NCBI GenBank assembly: GCA_035530515.1
Contig: DATKUO010000139.1
Location: 1,917 to 65,916 of the forward strand
DNA length: 64,000 bases
From: Bacteroidales bacterium
GTDB lineage: Bacteria > Bacteroidota > Bacteroidia > Bacteroidales > VadinHA17
Direction: 5' to 3'
Position 1 is the first letter of the stretch. Every line of letters starts with the position of its first letter. The position numbers and the translations under genes were made by a program. Shown in pieces: positions 34,171 through 44,474 of the stretch. The notes under the pieces are model-generated. The model was not told the origin of the DNA, searched no databases, and saw nothing but the letters and a program-made list of their open reading frames with translations.

Positions 34171-36864
34171 TTGACAAGTTTAGTCAGTTATAGTATTAAA
34201 AGTCATTTATTGGCTTCACTCAAAACATTATATAAATACCTGGCATTTCTGGGATTATCCCTGATCCTGGGAAGCTGTTCGGTTGAAAAAAACACGGACA
34301 CAACCAGGTTTTATCATAGCATGACCGCTAGATACAACATCTATTTTAATGGTTATGAGAGCTTTAAGGCAGGGTTGGCTAAAATTACAAATGGTTATCA
34401 GGATGACTATGCAGATTTACTTAAGGTATTTGAATACAGTGATCCTTTAACGGTTTCAATGTGCTCATCCGACATGGAAAAAGCCATTCAAAAAGCCTCA
34501 AAGTTAATCACTTTAAAATCCATTACTGCAAAACCTGAACTAAAGGATAAACGCCAACTATCAGATAAAGAGAAGGAATTGCTTGACAGAAAAGAATTCA
34601 ATGAGTGGGTTGATGACAGCTATCTGCTTATTGGTAAAGCTCGTTTCTATAAACATGAGTTTAGTGAAGCAACATCAATCTTCAATTATTGTATAGCTTC
34701 AGCTAATGACCCTGCAATTAAAACAGAAGCTACACTCTGGCTTGCAAAAATTTATAATGAGACTGGAAACTACAATGAATCATTAAGATTACTTTCTGAG
34801 ACAGATATCTCAACTGATTTCACAAAATCTTTATTGTCAATGTATTATACAACGATGGCAGATCTCTTCATTAAACAAAAAAGATATTCTGAAGCCATTG
34901 ATCCCCTTAGTATATCCATTAAACATATTTCAAAGAAAAAAACCAGATACAGGCTGACCTATCTTCTTGCCCAGTTATTTGAACAAACAGGCGACGGAGC
35001 CAGAGCAACTTCACTCTATCGTGATGTTGTTAAAATGAATCCACCCTATGAGGTTGAGTTCAACGCAAGAATAAATATTGCTGACGTTTTTGATATTAAC
35101 TCCGGAAATCCTCTGGAAATAAGAAAAGAGCTGGAAAAAATGTTAAAAGACTCCAAGAATAAAGACTTTCAGGATCAGATTTATTTTGCATTGGGGAACC
35201 TCTTAATGAAAGAGGGAAATGAAACAGAGGCATTGGATCTTTTCAGAAAATCAGCAGCAGCTAATTCCAGTAATCAAAATCAGAAAGGCAGATCCTATCT
35301 TGCTCTTGCCAGTCACTATTATGAAAAACCCGACTATATGAAAGCCGGGAAATATTATGATAGCGCTGTCTTTTTCCTTAACCAGAAATATCCCGATTAC
35401 CAGGCATTAAAAACAAAATCACAAAGCCTGAATGTCCTTGTTTCACAGTTAACTATTATCCAAACTGAAGATAGTCTGCAAAGGATAGCCATGATGACTG
35501 AAGCTGAAAGAGATGCTTTTATTTCATCAATAATCGCTAAAATTTTAAAGGACGAAAGTGAGGGTAAAACGTCAGAATACTCTGATAGATACAATCTTGG
35601 GCAATTTTATGAGAACGAGAGGCGTTTTCAGGGTAATATTGAACAGGAAGGAAAATGGTATTTCTATAACCAGGCGGCTCTTACTTTTGGACGAACTGAA
35701 TTCCGTAGAAGATGGGGAGACAGAAAACTCGAAGACAACTGGAGAAGATCAAACAAAGCAATAGTAACTTTTTCTCAGATTTCAGACAACCCTGATGAAG
35801 TATCCCAGAACAGTACAGACTCTTCATCAACTATACTCGATTATAAAAACCCGGAATTCTATCTTATAAATCTGCCATTAACCGATTCCTTAATTAATAT
35901 TTCAAATGAAAAAACAGCCAATGCCTTGCTGAATGCCTGTAAGGCCTATGCTGAAAGAATATTTGACCTTGACAAAGCTAATGAAACATTAGAGTCGCTT
36001 AGCAGACGTTTCCCAGACAGTGACCTTCTCCCTGAGGCATTATATACTCTCTACAGGGTGAATAAAGAGACAAATAGTGCCAAAGCTGAAACTTACAGGC
36101 AGAGTTTACTCAAGAAGTATCCCGAAAGTGAGTTTGCAAGAATTCTATCAGATCCGGCTTACTACGAAAAGAAGATGGCTGACTTGAAATTGGCTGAGAA
36201 GCTTTATGAGGAGTCATACAATGCATATAATAATGAGAATTTTAATTACGCCATTACAGTTTGTGATGATGGTTTAATAAAATTTCCTCAGAATCTTTTG
36301 GCGCCAAAATTTCTTCTTCTTCGTGCCTATTCCATTGCCAGGATAAGTGATGAAAGAAGTTTTAAGGAGGAACTGAATAACCTTATCAAAACATGGCCTG
36401 AAACAGCTGAAAGCAAAAAAGCAGTAGAGATAATTGCATTCCTTAACAAGAAAATCCCTGAACTTAAAGTTGAAGAGGATAAAGAAATTGCTGCGGAATT
36501 ATATAGTGCAGATACAACTGCAACTCATGTTTTTGTGTTGATTATTATTGACCCTGCATTCAATATTAATCTGGCCACTTTTGATGTAATCAGCTATAAT
36601 ATTGATAATTACACAAATGAGAATTATCGTACCACAGGATTGCTTGTGGATAACAAATATATTATGATAACTGTTTCTGGCTTTCCCGATTATACGCAGT
36701 CACGCTATTATTTTGATGCCTTCCGAACAGATCAGTTAATCAGAAATTCATCAGAAACTAAGATGATGACTTTCATAATAAGCGATGATAATCTTAGTGT
36801 CCTTAATAACGATAAAAACCCCGGCCGTTATCAGCTTTTCTTCATGGAAAATTATTTAAAATGA
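34171..36864 (+). CDS. porW: type IX secretion system TPR lipoprotein PorW/SprE
   Basis: About 890-aa TPR-rich ORF with lipobox LILGSC followed by KNTDTTRFYHSMTARYNIYFNGYESF, the pattern I recall for the SprE/PorW N-terminus. It lies immediately upstream of porX. The track uses the TTG at 34171. The TTG at 34210 would give a more canonical signal peptide (M)ASLKTLYKYLAFLGLSLILGSC. Confidence 0.7.
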   Translation: MTSLVSYSIKSHLLASLKTLYKYLAFLGLSLILGSCSVEKNTDTTRFYHSMTARYNIYFNGYESFKAGLAKITNGYQDDYADLLKVFEYSDPLTVSMCSSDMEKAIQKASKLITLKSITAKPELKDKRQLSDKEKELLDRKEFNEWVDDSYLLIGKARFYKHEFSEATSIFNYCIASANDPAIKTEATLWLAKIYNETGNYNESLRLLSETDISTDFTKSLLSMYYTTMADLFIKQKRYSEAIDPLSISIKHISKKKTRYRLTYLLAQLFEQTGDGARATSLYRDVVKMNPPYEVEFNARINIADVFDINSGNPLEIRKELEKMLKDSKNKDFQDQIYFALGNLLMKEGNETEALDLFRKSAAANSSNQNQKGRSYLALASHYYEKPDYMKAGKYYDSAVFFLNQKYPDYQALKTKSQSLNVLVSQLTIIQTEDSLQRIAMMTEAERDAFISSIIAKILKDESEGKTSEYSDRYNLGQFYENERRFQGNIEQEGKWYFYNQAALTFGRTEFRRRWGDRKLEDNWRRSNKAIVTFSQISDNPDEVSQNSTDSSSTILDYKNPEFYLINLPLTDSLINISNEKTANALLNACKAYAERIFDLDKANETLESLSRRFPDSDLLPEALYTLYRVNKETNSAKAETYRQSLLKKYPESEFARILSDPAYYEKKMADLKLAEKLYEESYNAYNNENFNYAITVCDDGLIKFPQNLLAPKFLLLRAYSIARISDERSFKEELNNLIKTWPETAESKKAVEIIAFLNKKIPELKVEEDKEIAAELYSADTTATHVFVLIIIDPAFNINLATFDVISYNIDNYTNENYRTTGLLVDNKYIMITVSGFPDYTQSRYYFDAFRTDQLIRNSSETKMMTFIISDDNLSVLNNDKNPGRYQLFFMENYLK

Positions 36865-38414
36865 AAAAGATAAGAATCTTATGGACCGATGATGAGGTAG
36901 AAGCCCTGAAACCACATATCCTCTTCCTTGAATATAAGGGATATCAGATCGATACCTGTTCTAACGGGAATGATACCATAGATCTTGTAAGGCAGAACCC
37001 ATATGACCTAATATTTCTCGATGAAAATATGCCAGGGTTAAGCGGAATAGAGACGCTCAGGCTTATAAAAGAGGTTAGAACAGATATTCCGGTTGTGATG
37101 ATTACCAAAAGTGAAGAAGAGGAGCTAATGGAGACAGCTATTGGTTCGGAGATAGCTGATTATCTTATCAAACCCGTGAAACCCAAACAGGTACTTCTTG
37201 CAATAAAAAAGATTCTCGACCAACGCCGGCTGGTAACTGAAAAAACAACAACCGGCTACAGGCAGGAATTTAACCGGATCAGTAACATGATATCATCCGC
37301 CTCAACATACAGCGAATGGACAGAGTTATACAAGAAGATTGTATTCTGGGAATCTGAGCTGGAGAAGTCAACAGATCCCGGCATGGATGAAATTCTTAGA
37401 ATGCAGGAAAACGAAGCCAATAATTCATTTTCAAAATTCATGATTAATAATTATGTGGGGTGGCTCAATACAGAAAATACAAATAGCCCGTTGTTGTCAC
37501 CCTCCCTCTTTGAGAAAAAAATCTTTCCCCAGGTACATGAGCACAAACCGCTCTTTTTTATCCTTATCGATAATATGAGATACGATCAATGGAAAACAAT
37601 ATCCAGTGAATTATCCGGACTCTACAGGATCATAGAAGAAGATATCTATTTCAGTATTTTACCCACTGCAACACAATTTAGCAGGAACTCAATCTTCGCA
37701 GGATTAATGCCATCTGTAATTGCAGAGACTATGCCTGATTTCTGGATAAATGATGATGAAGAGGAAGGCAAAAACATGTTTGAAGAAGAGTTGTTTAAGA
37801 GCCAGTTAAAACGAAAAGGGCTAAATTACAGATGGTCATATAACAAAATCAGTAGTAGTCTTGAAGGGAAAAAGGTAAATGAGAAGGTCAGATCATTGCT
37901 TGAAAATGATATTAATATTCTGGTCTTTAATTTTGTTGATATGCTTTCGCATGCAAGAACAGAGATCGGAGTAATACGCGACCTTGCTGATGATGAGTCT
38001 GCCTATAGAAGTCTTACACGTTCCTGGTTTATTCATTCATCGCTTTTTGAATTACTGAGAACCCTTGCTTCACATCCGGTAAAAGTAATTTTCAGCACCG
38101 ATCATGGTACAATAAGAGTGCAGAATTCTGTAAAAATAATCGGCGACCGGAAAACATCATCCAACCTGAGATATAAAATGGGCAGGAACCTCAGTTATGA
38201 CCCAAAGAAAGTATTTGAGTTGAGGAATCCGGAGAAAGCGATGCTGCCAAAAACAAATATCAGTTCAAAATATATCTTTGCTCTCAACAAAGACTTTCTT
38301 ATATATCAGAACAATTATAACCACTATGCCAGTTATTACAAGGACACTTTTCAGCATGGCGGGATATCGATGCAGGAAGTAATGCTGCCGTTTGCTACTC
38401 TTGAGCCTGTTTAA
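36861..38414 (+). CDS. porX: T9SS response regulator PorX (receiver + PglZ/alkaline-phosphatase-like domain)
   Basis: 517-aa ORF with a receiver domain (ILWTDDE...LIFLDENMPGLSG...IKP). The C-terminal PglZ-type region is FILIDNMRYDQW..FNFVDMLSHART..STDHGT. Length and architecture match PorX. Confidence 0.8.
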   Translation: MKKIRILWTDDEVEALKPHILFLEYKGYQIDTCSNGNDTIDLVRQNPYDLIFLDENMPGLSGIETLRLIKEVRTDIPVVMITKSEEEELMETAIGSEIADYLIKPVKPKQVLLAIKKILDQRRLVTEKTTTGYRQEFNRISNMISSASTYSEWTELYKKIVFWESELEKSTDPGMDEILRMQENEANNSFSKFMINNYVGWLNTENTNSPLLSPSLFEKKIFPQVHEHKPLFFILIDNMRYDQWKTISSELSGLYRIIEEDIYFSILPTATQFSRNSIFAGLMPSVIAETMPDFWINDDEEEGKNMFEEELFKSQLKRKGLNYRWSYNKISSSLEGKKVNEKVRSLLENDINILVFNFVDMLSHARTEIGVIRDLADDESAYRSLTRSWFIHSSLFELLRTLASHPVKVIFSTDHGTIRVQNSVKIIGDRKTSSNLRYKMGRNLSYDPKKVFELRNPEKAMLPKTNISSKYIFALNKDFLIYQNNYNHYASYYKDTFQHGGISMQEVMLPFATLEPV

Positions 38415-38434
38415 ATAAGTATTTAATAAGTAGC

Positions 38435-38848
38435 ATGAAAATATTAATAAAGGATAAAAAGCATCTTGCTTCAGCTGCAAATAAGCTTCTAAAATATACA
38501 AAAGACAAAAAATTATTTGCATTTTATGGATTGATGGGCGTCGGTAAAACAACAATTATCAAAGCCATTTGTGAAGTTCTGGGTACCGTCGATATCGTAA
38601 CCAGTCCAACCTTCACTCTGGTTAATGAATACCGGACTATTAAAGAAGAAACTTTATATCATATCGATCTCTACAGAATCAGAAAACAGGAAGAGGTTTT
38701 TGACTTTGGTATTGAAGAGTACCTGACAGGCGATTCATATTGCTTTATGGAATGGCCTGAACTTATTAAAGAAATTCTGCCTCCCGAAACAGTTCGTATA
38801 AGAATTACTGTTGATGATAATGAACAACGAATACTTTTGATATCTTAA
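38435..38848 (+). CDS. tsaE: tRNA threonylcarbamoyladenosine biosynthesis ATPase TsaE
   Basis: 137-aa ORF with the P-loop GLMGVGKTT, SPTFTLVNEY and HIDLYR motifs. Confidence 0.9.
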   Translation: MKILIKDKKHLASAANKLLKYTKDKKLFAFYGLMGVGKTTIIKAICEVLGTVDIVTSPTFTLVNEYRTIKEETLYHIDLYRIRKQEEVFDFGIEEYLTGDSYCFMEWPELIKEILPPETVRIRITVDDNEQRILLIS

Positions 38849-38910
38849 CATCATCTCACTATACCAGGTATTACAATTTTTTTTAACTTTGAAGAAATAA
38901 CCCCTTCCTA

Positions 38911-40134
38911 ATGATGAATGACAGAGGAAAGAACGGAAAAGTTAGTTTTGGTAATACCGCTTTCATGCCAAAAGAAGAACTTCTGGAAACTGCAGTTAAA
39001 AACCGTAGAATTACGATTGGGATACCCAGTGACAAGACAGAAGATGAAAAAAGAGTGGCTCTTACACCAGAAGCAGTGAATCTACTTGTTGAAAGCGACA
39101 ATGAGGTAATAATTCAAAAAGGTGCCGGCCTCGGAGCTAATTACACAGATAAGGATTACAGTGAAAACGGAGCAATTATAAGTGACTCGGCGGCAAGAGT
39201 TTACAGTGCCGATGCAGTGATCAAGGTTGCACCTTTTTCCGGAAAAGAGACTGATTATCTTAAAGGGAATCAGGTTGTGCTGTCATATCTTAATGTCCTT
39301 AAACTTGATGAAGAAACCCTTAGCAAACTCATCAGGAAGAAGGTTACTGCTATAGCATTTGAGAAGATCCGCGACGATAATGGCGAAATGCCTGTTATCG
39401 AGTCGATGAGCGAAATATCAGGTATAACATCTCTCCTTATTGCATCTGAATATCTCAGCAATATGCACGGAGGCAAGGGAGTGATGCTTGGTGGAATTAC
39501 AGGTGTTACTCCTACTGAGGTCGTTATAATTGGGGCAAACACAGCTGGTGAATATGCTGCAAGGGCAGCTATAGGGCTTGGATCTACTGTTATGATATTC
39601 GATAGTTCGCTGCACCGGTTAAGAAGATTCCAGAATCTGCTTGGACAAAGACTTCAGACATCTGTCTTCCATCCCCAGGTATTAAAGAAAGCGCTTAAGT
39701 CAGCCGATGTGCTTATCGGCGCTATTGAGCTTGAAGATCTTCGCCCATGGTATTTCATAACTGAGGATATGATACGTAACATGAAAAAGGGAGCTGTAGT
39801 TATTGATCTGAGTATCGACCGTGGCGGATGCATTGAGACAACTGAATGTCGTCCCCTTAAAGATCCGGTATATGAGAAACATGGCGTTATTCATTTTTCT
39901 GCATGGAATCTGCCGTCGCGAGTGGCACGGACAGCCTCCATAGCGCTGAGTAATATATTCACCCCACTTCTCCAAAAAATGGCTGATGCAGGAGGGATTA
40001 CACAATTGCTTAAGAATGATCAGGGTGTACGCAATGGAGCCTATTTGTATAAAGGAATGCTTACAAATGAAACATTGGGACAAAAGTTTGGTATAATTTC
40101 AAAAGAGCTCGATCTGCTTATCTCCGCATTCTGA
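38911..40134 (+). CDS. alanine dehydrogenase family protein (AlaDH/PNT domain)
   Basis: 407-aa ORF. The N-terminal substrate domain has E.RVALTPEAV and the Rossmann motif is VIIGANTAGEYAARAA. Substrate specificity is not certain. Confidence 0.7.
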   Translation: MMNDRGKNGKVSFGNTAFMPKEELLETAVKNRRITIGIPSDKTEDEKRVALTPEAVNLLVESDNEVIIQKGAGLGANYTDKDYSENGAIISDSAARVYSADAVIKVAPFSGKETDYLKGNQVVLSYLNVLKLDEETLSKLIRKKVTAIAFEKIRDDNGEMPVIESMSEISGITSLLIASEYLSNMHGGKGVMLGGITGVTPTEVVIIGANTAGEYAARAAIGLGSTVMIFDSSLHRLRRFQNLLGQRLQTSVFHPQVLKKALKSADVLIGAIELEDLRPWYFITEDMIRNMKKGAVVIDLSIDRGGCIETTECRPLKDPVYEKHGVIHFSAWNLPSRVARTASIALSNIFTPLLQKMADAGGITQLLKNDQGVRNGAYLYKGMLTNETLGQKFGIISKELDLLISAF

Positions 40135-40137
40135 TCA

Positions 40138-41052
40138 TCAGATATATGTAAGGGTAGCTTTTTTACCCTTAATTTCAATTTTTGCCTGCTTGCCGATATA
40201 GAATGCCCTGTTATCAGCAATATGTCCGGCCGGAAAATTAAAAAAGAGAGGATAACCATATTCGCCTACAACACTATAAATAGTCTTTTCAATACTCTTG
40301 CTCCACGGAAGTTTTGCATCCTTAATATCGTTCATTCCTCCAATAACCAGTGCAGATAATCCTTCCAACTTTCCGGCAAGCTTAAGCGAGGTCAACATTC
40401 TGTCTATATGATAGTAATACTCTCCCACCTCCTCGATAAACAATATCTTCCCTTTGGTCTCCGGTTCTGCAGGTGTTCCTGCCAGGCTATAGATGAGAGA
40501 AAGGTTTCCTCCGGTCATTTCGCCAACTGCATTACTGGAATTTAGAAAATGACCTTCCCAAATACATGGATGAAGATCACCAAATAATGCTTGTTGCAAC
40601 GACCTTAGAACTTCCCCGTTTCTTGCATGACTACTAAAGTTAAGAGGCATCTCTCCATGCACTGAAATTATTCCATATACTTCATTTAGCCACATTTGCA
40701 GAACAGTAATATCACTGAATCCAACGTACCATTTTGGATTTATCTTCAAAGCTGAGAAGTCAACATTATTAATAATTTTTGAAATGCCATAGCCACCCCG
40801 TGAACATATAACTGCCTTAATTTCACTATCGTCAGTCATCTCCTGAAGATCGCATAATCGCTCTTTATCACTACCGGCAAATGATCCGTTACGTTTTAGA
40901 GCATTTCGCCCGACACGTACTTTTAAACCCCATTGATTAAGCACCGTTACTGCACCTGCAACCTTCTCCTCATCTATAAAAAATGAAGGTGATATTATAG
41001 CTACCTCATCACCGGGTTTAAGATATTCAGGTTGTATCTTTTTTGAAGACAT
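40138..41052 (-). CDS. LD-carboxypeptidase (S66 family, LdcA-like)
   Basis: 304-aa ORF. LKPGDEVAIISPS, RGGYG, the nucleophile region GFSDIT and a C-terminal GH.. fit peptidase S66. Confidence 0.8.
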   Translation of the reverse strand: MSSKKIQPEYLKPGDEVAIISPSFFIDEEKVAGAVTVLNQWGLKVRVGRNALKRNGSFAGSDKERLCDLQEMTDDSEIKAVICSRGGYGISKIINNVDFSALKINPKWYVGFSDITVLQMWLNEVYGIISVHGEMPLNFSSHARNGEVLRSLQQALFGDLHPCIWEGHFLNSSNAVGEMTGGNLSLIYSLAGTPAEPETKGKILFIEEVGEYYYHIDRMLTSLKLAGKLEGLSALVIGGMNDIKDAKLPWSKSIEKTIYSVVGEYGYPLFFNFPAGHIADNRAFYIGKQAKIEIKGKKATLTYI

Positions 41053-41188
41053 ACTATATTATATAATATGTAAATGTAATCGATATTGTTCCTTTTTACA
41101 ACTTCAAAACTCTGTCTTACTCGGATTCCCTTTGTGTAACTTAGTGTCTTTAAGTCTCACAGTCAACTTCGATAGTCTTTAAATTTAT

Positions 41189-41196
41189 TATCTTTG
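41189..41196 (+). promoter_or_regulatory. candidate -7 promoter element (TAnnTTTG) upstream of metG
   Basis: TATCTTTG lies 40 nt upstream of the metG ATG. This is a consensus match only. Confidence 0.25.
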
Positions 41197-41235
41197 TTCG
41201 ATTTTACAAATTGCTAACACCTCATTATCAGAATC

Positions 41236-43269
41236 ATGAAGAATTTTAAAAGATATCTTATCACTTCCGCTCTCCCATATGCTAACGGTCCAATTCATAT
41301 TGGCCATCTGGCAGGAGTCTATATACCTTCCGATATTTACACCAGGTACCTGAGAATGAAAGGCGTAGACGTTATTTCTGTTTGCGGATCTGATGAACAT
41401 GGTGTTCCTATAACTTTAAAAGCACGCAAAGAGGGTGTCTCCCCGCAGGAGATTGTTGACAGATATCATTCAATTAATAAAAAAGCATTTGAGGATTTTG
41501 GAATTGCTTTCGATATCTATTCCCGTACATCAAATAAAGTACATTACGAAACAGCATCCGATTTTTTCCGGACATTGTACAGCAAAGGTGAATTCACCGA
41601 AAAATCTTCCGAACAATATTATGATGAAGAGGCGGATTGTTTCCTGGCCGACAGGTATATAATGGGGACCTGTCCGCATTGCGGAAATGAGAACGCTTAT
41701 GGCGACCAGTGTGAAAAATGTGGAACTTCGCTAAGCCCTAATGAACTCATAAATCCCCATTCAACAGTCAGTGGAAGCAAACCGATATTACGTGAAACTC
41801 TTCACTGGTATCTCCCACTCGACAAATATGAAACATGGCTTAAAAAATGGATACTCGAAGATCATAAGGAATGGAAAGCTAATGTCTACGGACAGTGTAA
41901 GTCCTGGCTCGATCAGGGCTTGCAACCAAGGGCTGTAAGCCGGGATCTCGACTGGGGCGTACCGGTCCCTATTGAAGGGGTAACAGGTAAAGTACTCTAT
42001 GTGTGGTTCGATGCCCCTATTGGATATATTTCCGCTACAAAAGAACTGACTCCCGAATGGGAAAAATACTGGAAAGATAAAGAGACAAAGATGGTTCACT
42101 TCATTGGAAAAGATAATATTGTTTTCCATTGTATCATCTTCCCGGCAATGCTCAATGCAGAAGGAAGCTATATTCTACCTGAGAATGTTCCTGCAAATGA
42201 ATTTTTGAATCTTGAGAATGATAAAATCTCCACTTCAAGAAACTGGGCTGTATGGCTGCATGAATACCTTGAAGATTTTCCGGGGAAACAGGATGTTTTG
42301 AGATACTCCCTATGTGCTAATGCTCCCGAAACAAAAGATAATGACTTCACCTGGAAAGATTTTCAGGCAAGGAATAACAATGAACTGGTAGCCATTCTTG
42401 GGAACTTTGTAAACAGGACTCTTGTGCTTACCAATAACTATTATGACGGGAAAGTCCCTGAAAGAGGAAAGACCGATTCAAATGATGAATATGTTTTAAA
42501 TGAGATTGCCAGGTTAAAGAAAAATGTGGAGACCAGCCTTGAAGCATTCAGGTTCCGTGAAGCACTGAAAGAGGCAATGAATCTTGCAAGACTTGGCAAT
42601 AAGTACCTTGCCGATTCAGAACCATGGAAAGTAATTAAAACAGATCAGACAAGGGTAAAAACTATTATTAACATTGCCTTGCAAATAACTGTAAATCTGA
42701 CGATTGTTTGTGAACCCTTTCTTCCTTTCTCAATGGATAAATTACGTGGATGGATCAATCTCAATAAATTGAGTTGGAACGAAGCAGGGAAAAAAGATCT
42801 GTTACTTCCGGATCATGTAATCAAAAAACCTGGTTTACTGTTTGATAAAATTGAAGATGAGGAGATTACACGTCAGTTAGATAAGCTTATGTCAACAAAA
42901 AAAACCAATGAAGCAGCAGACGCTAAAATTACACAAGGTAAAGAGACCATAACTTTTGATGATTTCTCCAGAATAGATATCAGAACAGCAACGATTCTTG
43001 AAGCTGAAAAAGTACCAAAAACTAATAAACTGCTTAAACTCAGAATTGATACCGGTCTTGATATCCGTACTATTGTATCCGGTATTGCAGAGTATTTTGA
43101 ACCGCAAGCTATTGTAGGTAAACAAATTTCAATCGTAGCTAATCTTGAACCACGTAAGATTAAGGGAATAGAGTCTCAAGGGATGATACTTATGGCTGAA
43201 GATAAAGATGGGAGATTAGTAATGGTTTCCCCTGCCGATAATGTCAGTAATGGTAGTATGGTAAAATAA
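41236..43269 (+). CDS. metG: methionine--tRNA ligase
   Basis: 677-aa ORF. The HIGH region is [14 protein letters not shown], the Zn knuckle is [18 protein letters not shown], and the KMSKS-equivalent is KISTSRN. The C-terminal tRNA-binding (EMAP-like) domain is ..[20 protein letters not shown]. Confidence 0.95.
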   Translation: MKNFKRYLITSALPYANGPIHIGHLAGVYIPSDIYTRYLRMKGVDVISVCGSDEHGVPITLKARKEGVSPQEIVDRYHSINKKAFEDFGIAFDIYSRTSNKVHYETASDFFRTLYSKGEFTEKSSEQYYDEEADCFLADRYIMGTCPHCGNENAYGDQCEKCGTSLSPNELINPHSTVSGSKPILRETLHWYLPLDKYETWLKKWILEDHKEWKANVYGQCKSWLDQGLQPRAVSRDLDWGVPVPIEGVTGKVLYVWFDAPIGYISATKELTPEWEKYWKDKETKMVHFIGKDNIVFHCIIFPAMLNAEGSYILPENVPANEFLNLENDKISTSRNWAVWLHEYLEDFPGKQDVLRYSLCANAPETKDNDFTWKDFQARNNNELVAILGNFVNRTLVLTNNYYDGKVPERGKTDSNDEYVLNEIARLKKNVETSLEAFRFREALKEAMNLARLGNKYLADSEPWKVIKTDQTRVKTIINIALQITVNLTIVCEPFLPFSMDKLRGWINLNKLSWNEAGKKDLLLPDHVIKKPGLLFDKIEDEEITRQLDKLMSTKKTNEAADAKITQGKETITFDDFSRIDIRTATILEAEKVPKTNKLLKLRIDTGLDIRTIVSGIAEYFEPQAIVGKQISIVANLEPRKIKGIESQGMILMAEDKDGRLVMVSPADNVSNGSMVK

Positions 43270-43278
43270 GAATTTTAT

Positions 43279-44241
43279 TTATCTTTTTCTTGAAACCCAG
43301 GTTCCCGGGTATTTCTTTGAGATGCTGTCTTTTCTGATCATTGCACTGTTCAGATCGCTGCAACCCATTGCACTAACCCTGTAAAACCCATTTGATGCTC
43401 CTATAATTTCTGGAGTAAACCCTTCGGCCTTAAGCATATCGGCCTGACTAACAGCATTCTTATGAGATTTAAAGCTTCCTGTAATCAGACAATAAGAATT
43501 GACTTCAGATATAACAGGGACTATCACTTCCGGGGCTACCCGTTCTTCAGATATTGGCACTACATTCTCTCCAATTTTATTCAACACATCTTTTATCCCC
43601 TCATCAACAGCATTTTTATTATGTTCAAATTCAGCTGTTACAAGAGGACTAAGTGTAGCTGATTCAATTTTCGCCTTGAAGAGATCAGTTTTTAACGAGA
43701 CAAAAACCAGTATTGATAAGAAAGGAATGATTACAGCTGCTCTCCATAATATTTTCCTGATGGATGTCTGTTTTATAGGATCATTCCCTATATGTCTTAT
43801 AATCCGTTTTCTGACATCATATCCTTCAAGAGGCAAACACTGAAATGATTCAAGACCATACGAATCCAGATGGTAGTTCGCACTCATATCGGGTTCAAAC
43901 TGCACGTTGCCTTCCTGGTTATTGATAAAACTTCCGATATGATCAAAAACAACCTTCTCACCTCTTCCCAGTTTTTTTCGTAGCTCATCAACAAACTCCT
44001 CAACCAGATGTCTGGCGTCGCCATAATTAATGCCTGATGATCCTGATATCCTGCCAATAAGAAGGCCATCGTTCTGATTCAGGTTCCGGTTGAAGGATAT
44101 CTGCTTCACAGGTGGGAAAAATGTACTTGTACTCTTATCAATACGTGCCGGAGCATAGTTTCCCAGCAACCCACCAAAACCAGGGACAATAACACAGTCG
44201 TGTCCGAATAATAATTCCCGTATATGAGCTGTAATATCCAC
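43279..44241 (-). CDS. HU-like N-terminal domain / SPOR domain protein
   Basis: 320-aa ORF with a GTG start. The N-terminus LLFGHDCVIVPGFGGLLGNYAPARID resembles the HU-CCDC81 bacterial domain. There is a mid TM segment and a C-terminal SPOR-like region (CLITGSFKSHKNAVSQADMLKAEGF..). Confidence 0.65.
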   Translation of the reverse strand: MDITAHIRELLFGHDCVIVPGFGGLLGNYAPARIDKSTSTFFPPVKQISFNRNLNQNDGLLIGRISGSSGINYGDARHLVEEFVDELRKKLGRGEKVVFDHIGSFINNQEGNVQFEPDMSANYHLDSYGLESFQCLPLEGYDVRKRIIRHIGNDPIKQTSIRKILWRAAVIIPFLSILVFVSLKTDLFKAKIESATLSPLVTAEFEHNKNAVDEGIKDVLNKIGENVVPISEERVAPEVIVPVISEVNSYCLITGSFKSHKNAVSQADMLKAEGFTPEIIGASNGFYRVSAMGCSDLNSAMIRKDSISKKYPGTWVSRKR

Positions 44242-44474
44242 CTTAAGATCATTAGATTATTAATACAAATTTAACAAAAAATAATTACCCGCAATGAAAG
44301 ATCCTATTCAAGTCATGTTTTTATTGGAATTTTTTGCCCCCTGCACTCTCTTTTTTCACCCCCAGAGCCCCTGCAGTGTGCTAAAAGGAAGAGGGAATGA
44401 AACTAAAAAGAGAAGAGTTGGAGGTAAAAGTCTCTTAAAAATATTATCTTCGTATCTCCAAAATTCCAGTTGAT

